A stretch of DNA of 64,000 bases from Lytechinus pictus (GCF_037042905.1 NC_087252.1:20028001-20092000), one strand, 5' to 3'. Shown: positions 1-12,530, counted from the first letter of the stretch. Numbers and translations: made by a program. Notes: generated from the sequence alone by a model not told the origin.

Positions 1-1002
1 TGTGTGAGCGCGGTAGCATCCCTGCAAACCATGTCGTCATTTTATCCCCCTACTTTCCTAATTTCGAGGTCGATTTTCTTCGTTCGAAATTGAAAATGGG
101 CTAACATTGGATTTATGAATACAATATGCCTTTGAAAACGTGATTAAATATCGTATACAATAATTTCATTCCGAAGGTCCTACTACAGGCAGAGAAGTCT
201 TACGTAATAGCACAGCTGTTGTTTATCATTTCGTCCTTGGCTCAACGCTCATAATCTGGCCTGTGGAGGAGAAATTGAGACAGCGGGATTACCTGGCCAA
301 TCAGGGTTGATCGGCGCTTGGAAATGATTTTTTCAAATTCCAAACAGAAAAAGGGGTATAGAACCGCAGTTTGCAATCTGAACTGCGGTCTTTCTCCAAA
401 CGGGGGTTTGACGTAATGTAATGTTTGGACCTCATTGGTACTAGGACTCAGGAGTGAACCAAAATCTACATTTGGGTCAACACAAGATTTCAAGAATTGG
501 TAAGTCAGACTCTTAAGTTTTACTTCGTGCGTTCCAATTGAAAAAAAATAGACCGGAAGCTGCACTGGTCTCAGAACAGTCCCACCCCGTACCTTTTCCT
601 GTATGGCGAATGGTCGGGGTGAACCAGTGGGCGCAGGTTCTCTAATTTTATGAAATTAAAGACAAAAATGGATGAGCCCCATCATCAGGCCAGGGCCAGG
701 ATTTTGCACTGTTAACCCTCTAATGGCGGCTGCACGTTTTCGTACCATCTGTGTACGAAGAAAAATTTGAAATGTTAAAAAACTCCTTAAAACAGACGGC
801 CAGCTGTCTAACATTAACTGTTAGACTTAACAAGTTAGAGATCGAGGTTAGTGCCAGTGGATTGAAGCGTGACCGTGGATGACAAACAAAAAATTCAACA
901 GGTGGGACTGGACAGTCAAAACAATACTAGAACTAACTCTTTTCCCGAGCAGAATATGACAAAGATTCTACGTTTGGCTAATCAACGTTTATATCTACTT
1001 AC

Positions 1003-1023
1003 CGGTACATACACTTGTTTCAT
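1003..1023 (-). CDS. Gene A candidate 21-nt microexon 6 (MKQVYVP) continuing the SEA helix
   Basis: tgtctgcAG acceptor and CCG|GTAAGT donor, phase 0-0. Gives EVTEL-MKQVY, a plausible SEA helix continuation. Confidence 0.5.
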
Positions 1024-1362
1024 CTGCAGACATTTCACCGAAATAAAGTTAGGAATAAAGTTATCGGTAATCAACTTTTATAACCACATGCATTGCAAGG
1101 CCCAAAGCCAAGGCAATACTTCGTGAGTGCTATATTTTTCATTGCATCACGCACGCCACGGCCACGCCTACATCACCAAATAATTGACCAATCAAAGCTA
1201 AGAATTTTTCACACGAATTCTGATTGTACGAAAGTTTGCAAGCTATGGCAACAGCAACGGGGCGGCGCGATAGCTACGAACTACCCCCTCCTCATCCGCA
1301 TATTTTGCACCACGGAATTCTTTTCTTTTTTTGTCCTTTTTCCAAGGTAATTCAGGCTAGAC

Positions 1363-1707
1363 CAGTGGCGTACATAGGATTTTCCACAGGGGGGGGGGGG
1401 GGGGGGGCCAAAAAATTTTACAAGCAAAAAAAAAAAAGGTCTTCAACCACAGATGAAGGATATCGTCCGCCAAAATAACAAAAAACTTGACAAGCAAAAA
1501 AAAATAAAAATAAAGGTCTTCAACCACAAATAAAGGATTTCGTACCAGAAAAAAATTTGACAAGCAAAAAAAATAAAATAAAAAAAACATTAAAAAAGCA
1601 GTCTTCAAGAATCGTCAGGGGGGGGGGCAGGGATATGTCCCTTGCATGGGTTGTGACTCGTCAGGGGGGCAGTCTGCCCCCTCTGCCCCCCCGTAGGTAC
1701 GCTAGTG
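1363..1707. mobile_element. hAT-like MITE
   Basis: Ends CAGTGGCGTAC / GTACGCTAGTG. 8-bp TSD GGCTAGAC / GGCTTGAC with one mismatch. Internal A-rich tandem repeats. Confidence 0.7.
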
Positions 1708-1767
1708 GGCTTGACCCTAGGGTCAAGGGTTTTGTGGGTTTTCTTTTTGCTTGTAAAACATATTTAA

Positions 1768-2342
1768 AGGACAAGTCCGCCCAAACAAAAAATTGATTCG
1801 AATAAAAAGAGAAAAATCCAATAAGCATAACACTGAAAATTTCATCAAAATCGGATGTAAAATAAGAAAGTACGACATTTCAAAGTTTCACGTAATTTCA
1901 CAAAACAGTTATATTCACATCCGTGTCGGTATGCAAATGAGAAGACTGATGACATCACTCACTCACTATTTCTTTGTATTTTATTATTTGAAATATTCAA
2001 ATTTTCTCCCTGTTGTCGTGTGAAACAGCGATTAATTCCTCCCTGAACATGTGCAATTAGTATATTTTAATACTACATGGTTCAATCAAGTTGGTCCATA
2101 TTGTCAAATCTGTGAAAAATGAAATATTGTATAATTCAAAAAAAAAAAAAAAAGAAATAGTGAGGGACATCATCGACTGCCTCATATGCATATCACTGTA
2201 TTGTGACAAATAAGCGAAACTTTAAAATGCCATAACTTTCTTATTTTACATCCGATTTTGATGAAATTTTCATCATAATGCTTGTTTGATTTTTCTCTAT
2301 TAATTTAATCAAATCAACATTTTTCTGGGGTGGACTTGTCCT
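1768..2342. mobile_element. Kolobok-type (TTAA-AGG) MITE, family 1
   Basis: TTAA|AGGACAAGTCC ... GGACTTGTCCT|TTAA with long imperfect inverted arms. Confidence 0.85.
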
Positions 2343-2597
2343 TTAAGACAAAATGAACCCTCTTAAAATAAAATCATTGACCTGCGCTGCGCTTCATATA
2401 GGAAAACCACAAGGGGGGACAGCAATTGAAAGGCCAAGATAAAAAATGTGGGGTAGGCCCCAGGGGCCGCAGAACGACTCTCAAAGTGGGGGGGGGGGGG
2501 CTGACAATGCAAAAAATCACAATCCTATGGTAATTTTTACGTTTTTACGTTTTTGTACACGGTTTTGGAAAACGGTTTTGGAAAAACCCATGTTTAA

Positions 2598-3200
2598 AGG
2601 TCAAGTCCATCTCAGAAAAATGTTGATTTGAATCAATAGAGAAAAATCAGACAAGCACAATGCTGAAAATTTCATCAAAATCGGATGTAAAATAAGAAAG
2701 TTATGACATTTCAAAGTTTCGCTTATTTTTAACAAAATAGTTATATGAACGAGCCAGTTACATTCAAATGAGAGAGTCGATGATGTCACTCACTCACTAA
2801 TTCTTTTGTTTTTTATTGTTTGAATTATACAAAATTTCAATTTTTGCGAATTTGACGATTAGGACCTCCTTGCCTGAAGCACAAAATGTTCAAATAATGG
2901 AATTCCACATGTTCAGGGAGGAATGGAACTTCATTTCACATGACAATGATGAGAAAATCAAAATATTTCATATTTCATATAATAAAATACAAAAGAAATA
3001 GTGAGTGAGTGATGTCATCAGTTCCCTCATTTGCATACCGACCAGGATGTGCATATAACTATTTTGTGAAATTAAGCAAAATTTTAAAATGTCATAACTT
3101 TCTTATTTTACATCCGATTTTGATGAAATTTTCAGTGTTATACTTGTTGGATTTTTCTCTTTTTATTCCAATCAACTTTTTGTTGGGGTGGACTTGTCCT
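2598..3200. mobile_element. Kolobok-type MITE, family 1
   Basis: TTAA|AGGTCAAGTCC ... GGACTTGTCCT|TTAA. Same arms as the copies at 1768 and 21148. Confidence 0.85.
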
Positions 3201-3941
3201 TTAAGGATTTTCAACTCAAATCCATTCCCCTTTTTGGATTTTTTTTTAACAAAAAGGTGACCTATTAGGCCCCTACATTGGCACATTCCCGGACCGTCGG
3301 ATGCTGTGAGTATTACCCCCCCCCCCCTTATTTTTCATTTATATTTTTATGGCCTCTTCGACCCCAATAAGCGCATTTGGTAAAATATGGAAAATTTAGT
3401 TATTTCGTTTTACTTGGTAAGAATGATATAAAAATTGAATTTTTAACAATAAAGGCCTACATAGTAGGTCTAAATTTCGGCCTAGGCCTGTCTCCTTATT
3501 GAGATCGACATAAGCCTATACTTCATAGATCATAGTAGTCCAAACCCTGATTGAAACACGATTGCAGGTGCAAATCATTGTATCATGACACATTGACCAA
3601 CTGTTGTGTGGTCTCTCATTGACTGTGTGTTATAAATACAAAGTCTTGAAATATACGTTTTCAGATATTTACTAATACTACAGATAATAAATTGACCTAT
3701 AATTGCATTTGTATAGAGAAACTAAAATGTTTTGAGAGGAAAATTAATTGTTTTGCTACTTGGTAACATAATTATTGCAGTATAATGAGTATAATAAGTA
3801 GTTAATTAGCATGTTATCATTCAAGTGGGTCTATATTATTTTCTAGACTACACTAACATTATGGGTCAGGAAACTGGCCAGGTCTGAGTAGTTGAGGACT
3901 CGAGATGGCGCTATAATAGGTTCGTATCTGCTTTAACTTAC

Positions 3942-4054
3942 CAACTCAGTAACTTCGTCAAATAAAGCCTGATATTCAGGAGAGGTGGGGTCGTTCAAAG
4001 CTTCGGTGAAATTCTTGTCATTGAAAGTAATATTCAACCGGGCAACGATATAAT
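3942..4054 (-). CDS. Gene A exon 5: N-terminal part of SEA domain (HYIVARLNITFNDKNFTEALNDPTSPEYQALFDEVTEL)
   Basis: tttttcttcatAG acceptor and TTG|GTAAGT donor. FTEALNDPTSPEYQAL fits the SEA F-x-x-x-L-x-D-x-x-S-x-E-Y/F motif. N-glycosylation sequons NIT and NFT lie on the predicted extracellular side. Confidence 0.88.
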
Positions 4055-4211
4055 CTATGAAGAAAAATGGCACAGCAATATCATCAAACGTTATACAAAA
4101 AAATACGATACATAAAGGTATATGTCTAATTTCATTGATTCCTTAGCCATGGTATCAATGATGTAAAAGGTTGGGACACAACTTGACCATTTATTCTAGC
4201 AACCTTCTTGA

Positions 4212-4410
4212 TGATACGACATTTGCTCCTGTGACTTTTGCCCCGGTCTTGATATCTGAGAGGACATAGGGTTAGATTTTTTGGTTCAGAATAATGTAAA
4301 GATGTAAGGATTAGGTTTTATTTAGTTTTTTAGGTTAGATTTTATTGTTGGGATTAACGAGCAATTTTTTCCATCGGAACAATTGTCGCCGGAGCAAATG
4401 TCATGGAACC
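4212..4410. mobile_element. Short repeat with subterminal inverted repeats and GGTTAG-like interior (second copy about 20370-20575)
   Basis: GACATTTGCTCC ... GGAGCAAATGTCATGGAACC occurs in both copies. Confidence 0.65.
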
Positions 4411-4675
4411 TCTTTACGTAGTTGTCATTGCCTCTCATCCTCGCCAGTCAGTCTGCAAGCCCCTGTATATACATTTCAACCTATGCATCAAGCCATCGGC
4501 ATTAGTTAGCACATGATGCCGAATTTACATTTTTTACGGAGTGGCGGGTCACTGCGATTTTAATCTATTCATACTTCACATATTTCACCTCAATACAAAT
4601 ATGCAGAAGTTTTGTCACATGCCCAATGAAATCCATATAAGCTCCTTCATTTACAATGCAAATCACTGAGAAGTT

Positions 4676-4795
4676 TAATAATAATAATTATAATGATAAT
4701 AGTGATAATAGTAATGATAATAATAATAGTAATAATAATGATGATAATAATGATACTACTACTACTACTACTACTGCTACTACTACTACTACTAT

Positions 4796-4830
<35 letters not shown>

Positions 4831-4880
4831 ATAATAATAATAATAATGATAATATTAATAATAATGATAATGAAAATAAT
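4676..4880. repeat. Compound (AAT)n/(ACT)n microsatellite
   Basis: Seen directly; it explains the poly-I/S/T/L ORFs. Confidence 0.95.
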
Positions 4881-5016
4881 GTGGAAATTGATAAAATATG
4901 TTGGTTTTTCCCTGCACATGCAATTCAAACAGCAAACTTACCAATCTGAATAGGTGGTTGGGTAGCTGCACGTTCTAAACAACGAAAAGAAATGAGTCAA
5001 TAATTGTCCTTTTAAA

Positions 5017-5592
5017 AGGATGGTCCGGGCTGAAAATATTTATATTTTAATACATAGAGTAGAATTCACTGAGCAAAATGCCGAAAATTTCATCAAAATC
5101 GGATAACAAATAATAAAGTTATTGAAGTTTAAAGTTTAGCAATATTTTGTAAAGACAGTCGTCATGAATATTCATTAGGTGGGATGATGATGTCACATCT
5201 CCCCTTTCCGTTTTCTTATGTCATACATAACATCATAATTTTTTCCTTATTTCATACTTGTGTGAATAATATGTTTCCCTTTTAATGAAATAAGTTGCAG
5301 CAATGAATATTTAATGCACTAAATCAGTTGTCAATTCGATTTTTCTAGTTCTTGGGGTAAAAATTTGAATAAACCTAATTTCATATAATAAAATACAAAA
5401 GAACAAGTGGGGATGTGACATCATCAGCCCACCTAATGAATATTCATGACGACTGTTTTCACAAAATATTGCTAAAATTTAAAATTCAATAACTTTGTTA
5501 TCTGTTATCCGATTTTGATGAAATTTTCGGCATTTTGCTTAGTGAATTCTACTCTATTTATTAAGCTATAAATACTTTTAGCCCGAACCATC
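5017..5592. mobile_element. Kolobok-type MITE, family 2 (right tip eroded)
   Basis: AGGATGGTCCGGGCTGAAA ... TTTAGCCCGAACCATC with near-palindromic arms. A short relative lies at about 38128-38238. Confidence 0.8.
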
Positions 5593-6126
5593 ATAATAAT
5601 AAACATGATAAACACAGATATATAGATACATAGTTAAATATGCATGTATTTTAAAATCAAATATCAACTTACAATTTTATGTTTATTTTGCCACTGGAAG
5701 TGGGGCTGAAGGTCCATGGTCACAGTTAAGATAATTATTTTAGACCCTGGCTGGCATTTAAGTGATTAGTTCTTTGTTCTCTGAATTGAATTGTTGGTAT
5801 TCATTTATTTATTTATTCATTTGTTTGTTTATTTCTTTATTTATTTTTTCATTCATTCATTCTTTTATTGATTTTCCTTTCACAGTTGTAGATAATATAA
5901 TAAACATAACATAACATTACTACTATCATGATTACTATATATTATTACAACTACTAATACTATTAATAATAATAATGATAATAATAATAATATTAATAAA
6001 TACTTAATTAATGTAGACGATCAAATGAATTATGACTATTACAATCAATTGCAAAATATAAAAAGAAATTTATTCAGTACAACTAATTTCTAAATCCAAT
6101 TTAACTCGTCGCTAATGTCAACTTAC

Positions 6127-6177
6127 GTTCAGTGGTTGGCTCTGGCGTCGTTGAGGTCAGATCTCTCATCGAATACG
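6127..6177 (-). CDS. Gene A exon 4: Thr/Pro stalk (TYSMRDLTSTTPEPTTE)
   Basis: ttattcacAG acceptor and C|GTAAGT donor. 51 nt, phase 1-1, open frame. Confidence 0.8.
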
Positions 6178-7264
6178 CTGTGAATAATTATTATAATTAT
6201 GTTTCCATAAATGAAGTTCTTCTATTATGTTTAAGAGACATACATATAAGCATCAGAAATGACCATTTAAAAAATCCTGCCGATGTCCTTTATTTTATAG
6301 AATATTTTTATATTTATTATACTTATGGATTTAGTCCCTTTTGCATGAAAAGTAATTTCAAGTTCACTATCAGACAAATGTACTTTGTAACTTATAAACA
6401 GAAGATTAAATCGTTTCAACATCAAAACTGACAATATGAAGGGTATAGGGGGAAGGGAGGTACTATCATGTTAATGTTTAACCTTGAGTACATATATTAC
6501 CCCTCGCGACCTTTTTCGCAAAAGGGACTATATCAAAATAAATATTATATAAAAAAATCATATAAAATAAAATCCATCTGCAAGATTATTTTATCTGTGA
6601 GTTGTGTCAGCTGTATTGATGACTCTTAAACATGGCAAAAGAACTTCCTGAATGGACACATAAATTTGGGTTTAAAAAAAGATAAATGAAAAATTAGTAA
6701 AAAGTGGATTAAGTCCCTTTTGTATGAAAAGTATTTTGGATTTAGTCCATTTTGGATGAAAACGTATTTCATGTCTATTATTGATAGATTTCTTGAAACT
6801 CTTGGGAGTTGGACGATAGTCAATTGGATGCTTACGGTGAATGCCTATTTAAACATGCAAAAATTGATTTAAAAAGTGGATTTAGTCCCTTTTCCATGTT
6901 TCGTCTTCATAATAGAATGATGTCAAACATAATGTTAAATCAACCCATAAACACAAAAATAAAAAATACATAAATTAATTGAAAAGATAAATAGTATAAA
7001 GAATGAATTGCTGACTATAGTATAGACAGACTTCACTATATTTCAAAAAATTGAAAATATAATGGTTAAATAGGCCTACATACAAAATAAATCATAGAAC
7101 AAAGAACGGTGGAAAAAGTCTACAAAGGTATTAAAATATAAGAAAATAATTTGAGAGCTAAAGTTTATAACAACCACCCCCCCAAAAAAAAAAACCCACC
7201 AGAAATCAATTGTCATATACAAATAGAGGACAAGAGATCTGACATTCATCATCACACCAATTAA

Positions 7265-7751
7265 AGGGAAAGTTCACCCTGACCCAAATTTTATTGTAAA
7301 TATAGCCCCCCAAAAATGTATTGCCGAATGTTTGAGCAAAATCCAGTAAAGAATAAAAAAGTTATCAGATTTGTAATCATTTGATTTGTGACGTCACATG
7401 CGAGCAGCATTCCCATATAGCGAATGGTAAAAAAGTCTATGAATGTCATTTTTTCAGAAAATTTAAAAGGGTTTTTACTGTACCTTTTTTATATCAATAG
7501 AGAACTCCTTTCACCCTCGACCATGAAAGGAAATAAAAAAATAAGTCATCAGGAACCATTACAAAATGAAATTCGTGCATTTTTTTATCATATGGGGCAG
7601 CTGCTCGTGTATGTTGTCACAAATCCAAAACCTAAAATTCTAATAACTTTCTTAATCTTTAACGTATCTTCCTCAAACCGTCACCAATATGTTTTATTAT
7701 TTTTGTTCTGCTATTTTTACAACAAACTATTCTTCAGGGTGAAATTCCACT
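7265..7751. mobile_element. Kolobok-type MITE, family 3
   Basis: TTAA|AGGGAAAGTTCACCCTGA ... TCAGGGTGAAATTCCACT. Relatives at 47105-48417 and, decayed, about 63530-63900. Confidence 0.75.
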
Positions 7752-8526
7752 AGAGGAATTTAATAAGTAAATAAGTAAAATAGATCTGAACAAAAAAAAA
7801 ACTAATCAAATGAGGTGAATCAAACGAAGATATTAAAGAAGTAAACATATAGCTTGGTATTATTGGTGCGTTTTATTTTTGTTCTGATTTTGACGCTTGC
7901 AAGATTTTGTCATGTCTTGAAAAAAAGGTTCTGCCAAAAATATTTAAAAAAGGGATTTTTTTTATCTTTGCTTTTTTTTTTCATTATTTTCTTTATTATT
8001 AGTTTTCTAAACCAAAGCTGACGCAGAACAAACCTTTCTTTATAGCTCTGTGCTCTTTAAATATCAGGGTGTTAAACCGACACCTGTTAGTGCCCCTAGA
8101 GAAACATCCCCTGATGTGTTAAATTTGGGGTGTTAATATCAACACCAGTCCCGAGAGGACCAAACCCTGAGGTGTTAAAAATACACCCTATTCTGTGAAA
8201 AATATTGGGAAAAATTTTAACCAGCACGAGGGTAATTATGTGTCCAACCAATCTGGGGAAATATTTAACCCAATGTGGGAAGCATATTGTCCAGTAAGGG
8301 TAAAACATAAAATAAGCAGCAATTACTTTCAGCACAGGCATAATTTTTATCACACTGGGTAAATAAACATGCCCCAAAGAATTACCAAATGTTGGTTGGA
8401 CACATAATTACCCTCATGGAGCATTTTTACCCAATATTTTTTAGAGTGTAGAGTTGAACTTAAACTTGAACACGACACCAAATAGTGATAGACTACCAAT
8501 CAAAGGTATTGCGATAACAACTATTA

Positions 8527-8708
8527 CACTGCAAAACACCGCTGTTGATTTACCACCAGCCCGGAATAATTATGTCCACATCAGAGAAGTATTGAAACAA
8601 CACCAGTTTGGAATCAAATCGATGCTGTTTTGATACTGGTGTTTTAATCTGGTGTTTGACCAAAATCAAATTTGTGTTGTTCAACACTTCTCTGGAGTTT
8701 TTGCAGTG
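8527..8708. mobile_element. EnSpm/CMC-like MITE
   Basis: CACTGCAAAA ... TTTTTGCAGTG ends. Another CAC/GTG-type element adjoins at about 8183-8448. Confidence 0.65.
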
Positions 8709-8744
8709 CACCACAGTTTTCGCTGTGAAGGTTTGCATACTTAC

Positions 8745-8887
8745 TTATGAAGAATGCAATCAGCCCCACAGCAAGGCCAATGAGTACCACGACAAACATC
8801 CCAATGCAGATTTTGAGAGATTTATCCTTTCTGCGTTGTAGCTCATCTTCACTTAGATACTCTCCTTGCAATTTGATGCTCTCGTAC
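8745..8887 (-). CDS. Gene A exon 3: basic juxtamembrane segment and transmembrane helix (RYESIKLQGEYLSEDELQRRKDKSLKICIGMFVVVLIGLAVGLIAFFI)
   Basis: Acceptor tttaatccatttgatAG|G in phase 2 and donor A|GTAAGT in phase 1. RRKDK precedes a long hydrophobic run, as expected for a type II signal-anchor. Confidence 0.88.
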
Positions 8888-10541
8888 CTATCAAATGGAT
8901 TAAAAATCAAATGCGCAGTCATCAAGGAGAAAAACCGATTTCAAACAGATGGATTATACGGTACTGAAAATAACTTACTAGCTTAGATCGGTCTTTAGTC
9001 GGTTTTGGTTGATGTGAATGCATCACAAACGCATTCCCAATCATTAAGCATTTTTTTGGGGTGAAAAGACGAAAGTGATTTGGATCATGTAGGGATCAAT
9101 TCTATTCAAAGTCAATGCTATCGGATTTACAAATTGGTATCAGCTAAGAATCGACTAAAATTGCGCTAAATCAATTCGTAAACGATTAACTTACTACTGG
9201 GTCCATTTCGAGTTGTCTATCAATAGCCGACTTCATTTTCCGAGTTAAATTGATTCACAGAAATGAAAATGGGTATATGTTTCTCCTTGAGAACTATTTC
9301 ACCTAGTAATATTTCAAAGTATTGTACGTATTGTTCAAATGGTTTGCTTATAAATACCCAAAAATGTCGAGAATGTGAAATACTCGTCATTAAAAAATGC
9401 AAATTTAGATTAACTTTGATTGATATTTCCTAAGTAGGCCTAAGAAGTTTTGTGATGAGTAATATTTGTTAAAACATAATCTTATTTAAACATAATCTGC
9501 TTGTCTGGTTCACCGCCTCACCCCCCCCCCCTCCCCCCCCCCCACCTCGAAAAGACAGGCAACACATGATTCAACAAAAAGGCAAATAGGAGAGCATTTC
9601 GTCAGAGGACTAGTCAGACGTCTTATCCGACAAAATCTGTTTTATCGGACAGTTACCAATTGAAAATAACAGTGCTCTTAGCCAATCATAACCAGCGAAA
9701 GTTGTCATCTGACAACTTGTCGGAAGACAAATTTATCTTGATGAAACGTTCCCCATCAGGAGTCGGTTCGGTTGGCGTGACTGAAGCAGAAACCCACAAA
9801 ACCGACTCCAAACCGACTGATGTTATGTCATCGGAAATAACGTAATAGTTCCAGTCGGTCATGTCGATCTGGGGGCGTTTTATGAAAGGACTTGTCGTGC
9901 GTTTTATCAGACAATTCTCCTTTTATCCGAACGTATAAATCATAGTAGCAGAGCTTCTCAGCCAATCAGAATGCGGCATATCGGACAACAGGACGACAAC
10001 GTTGATGAAACCCTCCCCAGGAGTTGATTTGCTTGGTGTGATTGTGACATGGCATTTTACCAAACTTATCTTAAGAAGAAGAAGACACATGTAGATGTTA
10101 CTCTTTGCAGGACAGAAAACAAAGCATCACCAACATCGACTGAATGGTCGACTAAAAAAAATGGCGTACAGATTGGGGGGGGGGGGGGCTTGGGGAAATA
10201 TACATGTACGCCCCCCCCCCCCCCCAACAGAAATCACGCCCCCCCCAAAAAAAAAAAATAATAATAATAATAAAAAAAATAAAAAAATAAAAAAACGAGA
10301 AAGGGAACGAAAACGAAAATGATTGAATTTGTTGATATTTTTCTGAATACTATGTGAAAATCTATCACAAAATTCGATTTTTTAAGTAAAACAAAAATGC
10401 TAGCTCGTTTCGCATGCTCGCAGCTTACATTTTGCCCATATGCCATGTCTGGACCCCCTCAAAATTTTTAATCATTGCGCAATTGAATATTTATTGAAGA
10501 GATTGGAAAGATAACATTGACAAGGTAAAATTGTTCATTAC

Positions 10542-10924
10542 CTTCTATCTTCCATCGATTTGCTTGGCAATGGACCGGCCTCCTCGTTCACCGGCTCGTT
10601 AACCGTATCGACGTATGAGTATTCAGGCAGCTCCACACCATCCGGATCCTCGATGTCGTTACCGTCTCCCTCATCGACGACGTCTCCGTTCTCATCTACT
10701 ACATTGACGTCGATCACAGCTGAAGGATCAGTGTCCATATTGGCAGCGATCTCATCATCGGCGTCAAAGATCAAGTCGATGTCGTTCGGTATGTCATCAT
10801 CGGGTGGCGGCGGTGGCGGCATGTCGACATTGGTCTGTTCGCCCGTGTCCATCTCGTAGGTTGGATTATCGAGGGCATTTTCCTGGACGTCAGTGTCGTC
10901 GTTAGGGCTCTCAGTAGCAGGAGG
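10542..10924 (-). CDS. Gene A exon 2: acidic, Pro-rich cytoplasmic region (PPATESPNDD...PLPSKSMEDR)
   Basis: GC-rich 383-nt open frame (ORF 10538..10948). Acceptor catacctccaaAG|CCT and donor AG|GTAATG in phase 2, compatible with the next exon. Confidence 0.85.
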
Positions 10925-11379
10925 CTTTGGAGGTATGGGGGTAAACAATGCATACCAGTGTCAATTTTGAAAAACAATTTGCAAGTATAATTTTTGGCTC
11001 ATTACGTGACGGGAAGGGGGCGTTTGAAAAAAAGAGATCCGAGCCATGTTATACTATTATCCCCCTATTTATTTTTATTTATTTATTTCACATCTTTATA
11101 CAGGGTAACCAATTCAGCTATACACGATAAAAACATTAAGAAAGATAAAAAGCTGGTTTGCAATCGGGCCCTGTTAATCAAAATACATACAAATTATTCA
11201 GTACATAATGTGCAAAATAGACATAAAATAAATCTTTAAAAATCCCTACCCTCTGTGCCGTCATCAGATTCATCAGAAACACACGGAAGCACCCAAACCC
11301 ACACACCCATACACACACTCCCTCACATACTATGGCACATTCTGGAGACTCGTTACTTACTTGTAACATATAATGATTA

Positions 11380-11824
11380 GATGTTGTTTGAAGGTTTGCA
11401 TGGTGGTATGTACAATCGCTGATGTGGTTTACGGTACACCATGTGAAGTGTTATAGAAACAGTGGATAGAAGAAGAGAAGAAATGGATAGGCGAGAAAGT
11501 GGAGATTTGAGAGTACAGGTTGACTGTCCGTCTTCAGGTCCGTCTCACTCCTGAAGACGGACAGTCAACCTGCCCGAAACGTCGAGTCTCTCTACTACTC
11601 ATCATCTCTACTCGCCGACTCAAGCCAGCATCTCCTCATTAGCTCTACTACTCAAGCTGTTCTCAACTCATCAATCTTTCCTGGTTTACAGTCCTTTTCA
11701 GGACTACTTTCAAGAAAGAATACTCTACTCTCAAATCTCCACTTTCTCGCCTATCCATTTCTTCTCTTCTTCTATCCACTGTTTCTATAACACTTCACAT
11801 GGTGTACCGTAAACCACATCAGCG
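11380..11824. mobile_element. Penelope-like element remnant: inverted pLTR fragment plus pLTR, no ORF
   Basis: Perfect 101-bp inverted arms (11415-11515 / 11726-11826), a 35-nt extension on the inverted arm, a 12-bp flanking direct repeat ATATAATGATTA (11368-11379 / 11825-11836) and an internal hammerhead motif. Confidence 0.75.
11547..11587 (+). ncRNA. Minimal type I hammerhead ribozyme (Penelope type)
   Basis: ACTC-CTGAAGA-c-GGACAG-tcaac-CTGCCC-GAAA-CG-TC|GAGT. Stem I is ACTC/GAGT, the cores are CUGAAGA and GAAA, and stem III is reduced to the palindrome ACGT. Predicted cut after C11583. Confidence 0.8.
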
Positions 11825-12169
11825 ATATAATGATTAATTCAACATTATGATGACATATTGAGATGAGCGAAAACAAATTATGCAATTAAGATATGCGAAT
11901 ATTTTTAGGAATTCAGAAGTCGTTTGAATTTTACTAATGATTAAGCAGATCGAGTGTCTTGAGATAAACATTGAGAATATTCTCCCATTGAGAATATGAC
12001 GTCACATTTTGATCTTGTTCCGCGTATCATAATATCCTCACCCCCACCATGATAACGAGGAGAAACAAATACTTAAAATGGAAACGAAACTGCAGTACAC
12101 GACAGGTTGTAAAAAAGGCACTCCCTGCTCCCAATTAGTTCTTCCTCCTGGACGATGAGACTATTATTA

Positions 12170-12530
12170 GTATGATTATGATACCACTGGTGGTGGTGGG
12201 AGGGGTGGTGATAATAGTGATGATGACGACAATGATGATGATGATAATGATGATGGTGATGATTACAGTGATGGTAATGATGATGTTGATGGTGACGATG
12301 ATGATGATGATAATGACGATTGTTATTGCGATGATGGTAATTTTGACCATAATCATAACAAAGGAAAGGTTAACCCAACAACGTTACGACAATGATGATG
12401 GCGGTGATGATGACCGTTTTTATGATGGTTACGATGATGGTGGCAATGATGATGATGATGATTATGATGTTGATGACGATGATGATGCTGATGTTGATCA
12501 TGATGATGCATAGTGGTGGTGACGGTGATA
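12170..12530. repeat. Degenerate (GAT)n microsatellite
   Basis: Seen directly; source of the poly-M/D/H ORFs. Confidence 0.9.

Noticed and set aside
242..565. 107-aa ORF as the continuation of the gene A SEA domain
   Set aside because: It has no SEA-like GSV strand or convincing splice sites.
4647..4953. Low-complexity ORFs (also 12135-12595, 20068-21038, 39032-39682, 40257-40514, 53389-53730)
   Set aside because: They are translations of microsatellites without splice or codon support.
11361..11369. ATG TTA CAA|GTAAGT (MLQ) as the first coding exon of gene A
   Set aside because: It is phase-compatible but has poor start context and overlaps the Penelope-like TSD. The exon at 22003-22071 is a better candidate. 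Not excluded as an alternative start.
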